Positions 58,379 through 64,000 of a stretch of DNA of 64,000 bases are shown piece by piece. The notes under the pieces were generated by a model. That model made no database searches and was not told where the DNA came from. It worked only from the letters and a program-made list of their open reading frames with translations. A program made the position numbers and the translations under genes. Where the stretch lies: contig CAVUWV010000010.1 of assembly GCA_963745075.1 (NCBI GenBank), positions 440,543-504,542 on the forward strand, written 5' to 3'. This DNA comes from Candidatus Hydrogenedentota bacterium. Its GTDB lineage: Bacteria; Hydrogenedentota; Hydrogenedentia; Hydrogenedentales; SLHB01. The first letter of the stretch is position 1. Each line of letters begins with the position of its first letter.

Positions 58379-58952
58379 CGGTTACCGTTCCTTCTTTCAA
58401 CATGGCACCTTCTTCCCACTCGCGCCACGCGGTCCGAAAGGCGGTGCGGGCGCGGGTGAGTAGCGATTCGATGGCCTTGGGGCTCCGGCCCCAGCGCCGG
58501 GCGATCTCGGCGACGGTGTACTGCTCGGCATACTTTGCGCGGAGCACCGTCTCGTAGCGCTCGGGGAGCGACGCGAGCACCTGGTCGGCACGTACGACGC
58601 CCTCAGAGGGCGAAGCTTCTGTATCTTCCTGCCCCACAGCATCTTGTGCGAGACGCTGACGGCGGGCCCACTTGCGTTGTTGGCCCAGAATTACCTGCCG
58701 GGCGATGCCCCGCAGCCAATCCCCGAACCCGCCGCGGGTCGGGTCGAAGGCGCGTATCCGGCGAACGGCGATCATCCAAGCTTCCTGCACGACCTCTTCC
58801 GTGTGATGGACATCTCGGCCAACTTGCGCGAAGACAAACCGGTAGAGTCCATCGAAATGGCGCTCGTACAAGGCGCGCCACGCCGATTCGTCCCCAGCCA
58901 ACACGGCGGCTCGAAGGCCGCGTTCTTCCCACTCCTCGCGCTCGGTTTCCAT
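58359..58952 (-). CDS. ECF RNA polymerase sigma factor
   Basis: AGDESAW..LY.RH, EEVVQE.W, F..WL..IAR, LPERY...L, EIA......KA..S.L.RAR. Confidence 0.92.
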   Translation of the reverse strand: METEREEWEERGLRAAVLAGDESAWRALYERHFDGLYRFVFAQVGRDVHHTEEVVQEAWMIAVRRIRAFDPTRGGFGDWLRGIARQVILGQQRKWARRQRLAQDAVGQEDTEASPSEGVVRADQVLASLPERYETVLRAKYAEQYTVAEIARRWGRSPKAIESLLTRARTAFRTAWREWEEGAMLKEGTVTDETAKR

Positions 58953-59023
58953 GTAGGTGTTGTTTCCGTTGCGCTTCTCTACCCATTGTATTGCCGCGAC
59001 CAGGGAAAAATCCTTCGCGGCCC

Positions 59024-59154
59024 CACTGGGAGCGCCAGGCACCAGCCTGGCGAAGCCTCGGAGCGAATCAATCGAGGCTGCGCAATCCCAGTTGGTGCAC
59101 GGTAGCCGTTGGATGCTCCGAACCCCGCCAAGCTGGTGCCTGGCGTTCCCAGTG
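59024..59154. repeat. 131-bp element, family C, copy 2
   Basis: Same arms, length and core as 19807-19937. Confidence 0.85.
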
Positions 59155-59288
59155 GGCCCACATCCTAACGTCGTATCGTGTGACAACGTGAGCCGACACG
59201 TTGGGGGGGCGGTTCTTGGTATCATGACGGCGAGATTGGGATTGACTCATCTTTCCGCACGAATCTACCCAGGGGGCCGGATACCGCA

Positions 59289-61637
59289 ATGAAGACCTTC
59301 AAACGAATTCTGAAGTGGATCCTCGTCCTGCTACTGATCCTGTTGGCGATTCCGCTGGCGGCGTTGCTGGGCGTTTGGGGTACGTACGAGTACGTAGTAA
59401 CCGCCGGGCCAGGGGCGCTCGAGAGGGCGCCCGAACCCGGAGAACTGGGCGCGGAGGTCGACCCGTTCATCGGCACGGGCGGCGTGCCCTGGATGTGCGC
59501 GCACGACACGCCGGCGGCGACGGTCCCGTTCGGGATGGTGCGGCTAGGGCCCGATACGGCGTCGTTGTTCAATAAGACCCAGGGGTTCAATCGCTCGGGA
59601 TACTTCTACGGCGACAACAAGATCCTCGGGTTCAGTCACACGCGGTTGGTCGGCGCCGATGCGTTGGAAGGGGGTGTGTTTCGGATCTTTCCCGCGACGG
59701 CCCCGCCGGCGGGCGGCCAACCTGGAGACCTGCGGTTTGCACGGTTCTCCCACGCCAACGAGAAGGCCTTTCCCGGCTACTATGCCGTGCGGCTTTCGAA
59801 CGACATCCTGGCGGAATTGACCGCGACCACGCGCGCGGGTGTTCACCGCTACACGTTTCCGGCCAATGCGACGCCCCATCTGATGCTCGACGTGACGAGC
59901 TGCCTCGGCGACAAACGTTGCGAGGACGGGCAGGTTTGGATCCGGCCGGAGCAGCAGCGGGTCGAGGGCAGCACGCGCCTCTTCGGTTCCTTCTCAGGGC
60001 GATACGGGGGGCTGGATGTGTACTTCGTGGCGCAGTTCGATCATCCCTTCGATGACTTCGGCGTCTGGACTGGAGACACCTTTCGGAAGGACGCGCTCGC
60101 CGGCCAAGGGAACGCGCTTGGCGTGGATCTCGGGTTCGCGGCGGACCCGGCGGATGCACCCATTGAAGTGCGGGTGGCCCTGTCATACGTGAGCATCGAG
60201 GACGCGCAGCAAAATCTGGATACGGAGGCCGGGGATCGGTCGTTTGACGCCGTCTGCGCGGATGCGCGGGATCGGTGGGAAGGGTACCTGTCGCGCATTC
60301 GGATCGCCGGGGGCAGCGAGCGGGACCGGCGCGTCTTTTACACCGCGTTGTATCACGCGTTCCAGATGCCGACGACGTTCAACGACGTAAACGGCGAGTA
60401 CATGGGCTTCGATCGTGCCGTTCACAAGGTGCCGGAAGGCGCGACCTACTACACGGACTTCTCGTTGTGGGATACGTTCCGGACGGTGCAGCCGCTATAC
60501 AACCTCATCGCCCGATCGGAGGAGAGCGACATGATGGCGTCGCTCGTCGCCATGGCGGAAGCGGGCGGGGAACTGCCGCGCTGGCCCTCGGGCTGCGGGT
60601 ACACGAACTGCATGTTCGGTACGCCGGCCGATATCGCGGTGTCCGAGGCCTACCTGAAAGGGATTCGCGGTTTTGACATCGCGACGGCGTACGAGAAAAT
60701 GCGGGAGACTTCCCTGACGGGCAACCTGCCGGAAACCCGTTTCCCCGGGCGGAAAGGCTTTCGCGAGTACGTCCAATATGGCTATTGCCCGTCGGACACC
60801 ATGTCCGATGCGGTGTCGGCGACCTTGGAGTACGCGTGGTGCGACACCGCGCTGGCCCTGCTGGCGGAGGCGCTGGGACATCACGAAGATGCGGCGGAGT
60901 TCCGGAAGCACGCCCAATCCTATCGCAACCTGTGGGACCCGGCGCGCCAGTTCTTTGTGCCCCGGGACTCGAACGGGACGTTCATGGAGAAGTTCGATCC
61001 CCTGGTGTTGAGCTATACCGACTGGGACCATGAATTCACCGACGACTTCGTGGAAGGCAGCGCGATGATGTGGCGGTGGAGCGTGCCGTTCGACGCGGAA
61101 GGCCTGGTATCGCTCTTCCCCAGCCGGGAAGCGTTTGTGAAGGCGTTGGAGGACTACTTCGAAAAGTCCAACAACAAGGTGGGCGAGTGGCATCCCGGGT
61201 CGCACTACTGGCACGGGAACGAGCCCTTCTTCAACGCGGCGTATCTGTTCAACGCGGCGGGACGGCCGGACTTGACCCAGAAATGGGTCCGGCACATTCT
61301 CGAAACCAAATACAGCGACGACTATGTCGGGTTGGACGGAAACGACGACGGAGGCACCCTGTCGGCCTGGTTCGTGTTCAGCGCCCTCGGGTTCTACCCC
61401 ATCGCGGGAACGACCCGGTACGAGATTGGCGCGCCGCTGTTTCCGGAAGCGGTTGTGGACTTGGGCGACGGGAAGAACTTGACCGTGATCGCGGAGAATT
61501 ACGCCCCGGAGAACCTGTATGTCCGCGCGGTTCGGCTGAACGGTCACGAACTCACGGACTGGCATTTCAATCACGACGCGATCGCCGAGGGCGGCGAGCT
61601 GCGGTTCACCATGGCGGCGGCGCCGGACAGTCCCTGA
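59289..61637 (+). CDS. GH92 alpha-mannosidase, membrane-anchored
   Basis: VDPFIGTGG, PFGMVRLGPDT, GFSHT, FYTALYH, SLWDTFR, TLEYA, HGNEP, GNDDGGTLSAW. Confidence 0.93.
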   Translation: MKTFKRILKWILVLLLILLAIPLAALLGVWGTYEYVVTAGPGALERAPEPGELGAEVDPFIGTGGVPWMCAHDTPAATVPFGMVRLGPDTASLFNKTQGFNRSGYFYGDNKILGFSHTRLVGADALEGGVFRIFPATAPPAGGQPGDLRFARFSHANEKAFPGYYAVRLSNDILAELTATTRAGVHRYTFPANATPHLMLDVTSCLGDKRCEDGQVWIRPEQQRVEGSTRLFGSFSGRYGGLDVYFVAQFDHPFDDFGVWTGDTFRKDALAGQGNALGVDLGFAADPADAPIEVRVALSYVSIEDAQQNLDTEAGDRSFDAVCADARDRWEGYLSRIRIAGGSERDRRVFYTALYHAFQMPTTFNDVNGEYMGFDRAVHKVPEGATYYTDFSLWDTFRTVQPLYNLIARSEESDMMASLVAMAEAGGELPRWPSGCGYTNCMFGTPADIAVSEAYLKGIRGFDIATAYEKMRETSLTGNLPETRFPGRKGFREYVQYGYCPSDTMSDAVSATLEYAWCDTALALLAEALGHHEDAAEFRKHAQSYRNLWDPARQFFVPRDSNGTFMEKFDPLVLSYTDWDHEFTDDFVEGSAMMWRWSVPFDAEGLVSLFPSREAFVKALEDYFEKSNNKVGEWHPGSHYWHGNEPFFNAAYLFNAAGRPDLTQKWVRHILETKYSDDYVGLDGNDDGGTLSAWFVFSALGFYPIAGTTRYEIGAPLFPEAVVDLGDGKNLTVIAENYAPENLYVRAVRLNGHELTDWHFNHDAIAEGGELRFTMAAAPDSP

Positions 61638-61678
61638 ACTACGTTCCCCGACGCCGAAACTGGGCTGTCTTACATTCC

Positions 61679-61765
61679 TGCCCGAAGGGCCGAAACATGC
61701 CAGCCCAGGGCAACGCCCTGGGAACCAGTCGATTCAATTCTCGAAAGCCCTGAAGGGGCGAAACA
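61679..61765. repeat. REP cluster upstream of the Y1 transposase gene (family F)
   Basis: gcccgaagggc, aacatgccagcccagggcaacgccctggg, gccctgaaggggcgaaaca; mirrored downstream of the gene. Confidence 0.8.
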
Positions 61766-61776
61766 GGAGTAGTCTC

Positions 61777-62226
61777 ATGCCGCAATCCCTGTCGAAGAAC
61801 CTTCTCCACCTCATCTACAGTACCAAGAATCGGGAGGCCTTTCTCACGGAAGCGATACGTCCCGACCTATTCGCCTACTAGGCGGGGGTCTTTCAGGAAT
61901 GGGCCAGCCCGGCACTCGTGATTGGCGGAACAACGGATCATGTACATGCCCTGTTCTTACTGTCAAAGAATCACACCCTGTCCAGAATCGTGGAACAGGT
62001 CAAGAAGGGATCATCCAAATGGATTAAGACGCAGGGCTCGGAGTTTGCGAACTTCCACTGGCAGAACGGTTACGGCTCGTTCTCTGTAAGCCAATCCCAC
62101 GTGGCGCAGGCGCGCCGGTATATTGAGTCTCAGGAAGAGCATCATCGCTCGGTAACGTTCCAGGAAGAGTTCCGTCTTTTTCTGAAGCGATACCACGTGG
62201 AGTACGATGAGCGATACGTCTGGGAC
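61777..62226 (+). pseudogene. tnpA: IS200-like/RAYT Y1 (HUH) transposase pseudogene
   Basis: MPQSL...HLIYSTKNR, DHVH, KKGSSKW, WQNGYGSFSVS, YIESQEEHH, ERYVWD. In-frame TAG at 61879-61881; no stop after WD. Confidence 0.88.
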
Positions 62227-62232
62227 TTGCTT

Positions 62233-62295
62233 TTGTTGCGCCCTTTCAGGGCGATCAAGTTGGGTGGATACGTTGTCCCAGGGCGTTGCCCTGGG
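62233..62295. repeat. Downstream REP cluster (family F), interrupted by an insertion; remainder at 63983-64000
   Basis: ttgttgcgccctttcagggc and cccagggcgttgccctggg; continues as ctggcatgttgcg after the inserted element. Confidence 0.8.
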
Positions 62296-63987
62296 TCCCT
62301 AACCGCAAACATCGTAAAAAACTTTCGCATTTGTCTAAGCGGCCTTGGGGGTAAGTTGTTGGATAGTTGCGTGTTGGGCCATGAGTATGGCTGCGCATAG
62401 TTGAGTTCCTTTGGTGGTGATTTGGTAGCGACGGGTGCGTGATGTTTTGGCAATAAGACCGTGGGCTCGGAGAAGCCGTAGGCGATAGGAGACGCGACCG
62501 GAGGCGGCGCGTCGGGCACGGAGGTCGCCCTGATCCTTGGGATAAAGGATGGCGGACAGGTCCTTGTTGCGGAAGCCTGCGATGAGAAACTCGGGTTTGT
62601 TGATGGTTTGCAGAAGTTCGAGGTCTTGGTGTGCCCAAGGCCGCAGGCCGCGATAGGTCGTTCCTTTTTTGGTGACCCTTTTGGTGACGGGGGCGAGGAG
62701 TTGTGCCAAGGGAGTGGAGGTATCGAATGGTGTCAGGGCTTCGAGGTAGCGTTCGTTGGCGCGTTGAGAGACCTGCGTGCGCCGTTCGAGATCGGCTACG
62801 CCTTTGCGCATGGAACGGTGAGCCAAGTCTTTGGGGTCACCGCCTTCCTTGGGCCGGTAGACCGGGATGTCGTGGGGGTTGTTGATGGTGGTTTCGATGC
62901 GAAGGATTTGGGCCCCTTTGTCATACATCTTGACGGAATTGTTGTTGACGGCATGTTTGACGGAGAGGCCGTCGAGACGGTCGTGATAATGGCTCTGGAC
63001 TTCGCCGGCAAAGTGGCGTTGGAATTGTTTGCCCAAAAAGCGCATGACATGCCGTGTGGAAAAGGTGGTGATGGCGCCCCAGACAAGTTGAGGATAGATA
63101 TCTTGGAGGTCTTGGGCCGAGGTAAACGTGATGTCCGTGGCCCATTCGGTTTGGTGAGCGGTCCAGTAGTAGCGGGCATAGGGACCGAGGATCTCTTGAT
63201 GCGCAGGATTCAACCGCGCGGCGATTTCGTGAAGGGTTTCGGTCCAGTTGAGACGGACCAGTTCATCGAGCAATTGCTGGGCGCGCTCCGGGTCCTCTAG
63301 ATGCGGGAAACTGTTCTCGTAGCGGATGTATTTGCAACCTTCGGCATCCATTCGCCGAGCCAGCCATTCCCGTCCATTCACACAGACTTGGACGTGAAAG
63401 GGATACCAGGTTTGGATGCGGGCATGCATGAAGCCGAACAGAGGATCGACGTAGTAATGATACAAGTGGAGACACTTACGCAGACGATAGACGAGTTCCA
63501 GTTTCTTGGCCTCCCGATTGCGATACATCTCGTAGGTCATGCAGGGCTCCACACAAGAAAGCACGCACAGCAAACCGGAATCGACGGGATTCTCCGCGAG
63601 TACCTGTCTGGCGATAGTCTCCTTACGGGTTTGACTCGATTGCACGTAGATGACCGGTCTATCCAGATGTTCAGCCTGAGCCAACGAGGCCTTTTTCAGT
63701 TTCTTGGTCGTCTCCTCCACATGGGCTCCGAAGTTGCGGCGGGGAACGTCACACCGCGACAAGTGCCTTTTCATGCCGTCTGGATGGACTATAGACCGCA
63801 AAAGCCCTCGAAAGACGATTCGATCAAAACCGCTCAGAATCGAACTGGCTTTATCCCGGTACTTCTGCATAAACTCAAGCATGGCGTTTCTCCTTCTCGT
63901 GTTAGACCACTGCGGATACCTATTGTATCTGCAAAGGGGAAACGCCATTCATCTCCTCACTTTTGGTTGCGGCTATGCCGCGCTGGG
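62296..63987 (-). mobile_element. Inserted element without terminal inverted repeats, with CTGGG core at both junctions; putative rolling-circle (Rep_trans-like) transposon
   Basis: Removing it restores cccagggcgttgccctgggctggcatgtt, the exact reverse complement of the upstream REP at ~61694-61722. Confidence 0.85.
62335..63882 (-). CDS. 515-aa putative transposase: Rep_trans-like nuclease motifs plus C-terminal winged helix
   Basis: GFDRIVFRG, QTEWATD, VKMYDK, LRIETT, GFRNKDL...SYRLRLLRAHGLI.K....RYQIT. RBS AAGGAG precedes ATG 63882. Confidence 0.8.
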   Translation of the reverse strand: MLEFMQKYRDKASSILSGFDRIVFRGLLRSIVHPDGMKRHLSRCDVPRRNFGAHVEETTKKLKKASLAQAEHLDRPVIYVQSSQTRKETIARQVLAENPVDSGLLCVLSCVEPCMTYEMYRNREAKKLELVYRLRKCLHLYHYYVDPLFGFMHARIQTWYPFHVQVCVNGREWLARRMDAEGCKYIRYENSFPHLEDPERAQQLLDELVRLNWTETLHEIAARLNPAHQEILGPYARYYWTAHQTEWATDITFTSAQDLQDIYPQLVWGAITTFSTRHVMRFLGKQFQRHFAGEVQSHYHDRLDGLSVKHAVNNNSVKMYDKGAQILRIETTINNPHDIPVYRPKEGGDPKDLAHRSMRKGVADLERRTQVSQRANERYLEALTPFDTSTPLAQLLAPVTKRVTKKGTTYRGLRPWAHQDLELLQTINKPEFLIAGFRNKDLSAILYPKDQGDLRARRAASGRVSYRLRLLRAHGLIAKTSRTRRYQITTKGTQLCAAILMAQHATIQQLTPKAA

Positions 63988-64000
63988 CTGGCATGTTGCG

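Noticed and set aside
61879..61881. Recoded TAG (pyrrolysine or alternative genetic code)
   Set aside because: TAG ends intact genes elsewhere in the window (e.g. 2603, 19785, 36001), and the locus shows other signs of decay.
61777..63882. IS200/IS605 TnpA plus TnpB/IscB pair
   Set aside because: The large ORF is convergent, has no RuvC or zinc-finger motifs, and has its own insertion boundaries inside the REP.

Overview
GC-rich bacterial chromosome segment. Gene content (PmoA/DUF6807, DUF2961, DUF4838, DUF1501/DUF1549-1553, GH92, many exported proteins) resembles Ca. Hydrogenedentes or PVC-like lineages. This is an inference, and the 16S gene should be classified to confirm it. The window holds housekeeping genes (thiG, trxA, asd, PBP1A, ppa, sodN, nrdAB), a full rrn operon (16S-tRNA-Ile-tRNA-Ala-23S-5S) and at least eight families of short intergenic repeats. 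The strongest candidate for a poorly described system is at the right end: a ~1.69 kb element (62296-63987) inserted precisely into a REP palindrome of a decayed IS200/RAYT-type locus. It has a CTGGG core at both junctions, no terminal inverted repeats, and encodes a 515-aa protein with Rep_trans-like rolling-circle initiator motifs plus a winged helix. Other notable items: a nucleotidyltransferase/wHTH pair resembling a type IV TA or AbiE system, a histone H1-like tail fused to an inositol monophosphatase, a Chlamydia-type class Ic (Mn/Fe) ribonucleotide reductase, and an ECF sigma/anti-sigma/STN-protein trio. Seven inferred single-base insertions between 21.5 and 29.3 kb are probably assembly errors. 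All family assignments come from motif recognition by eye, not from searches.
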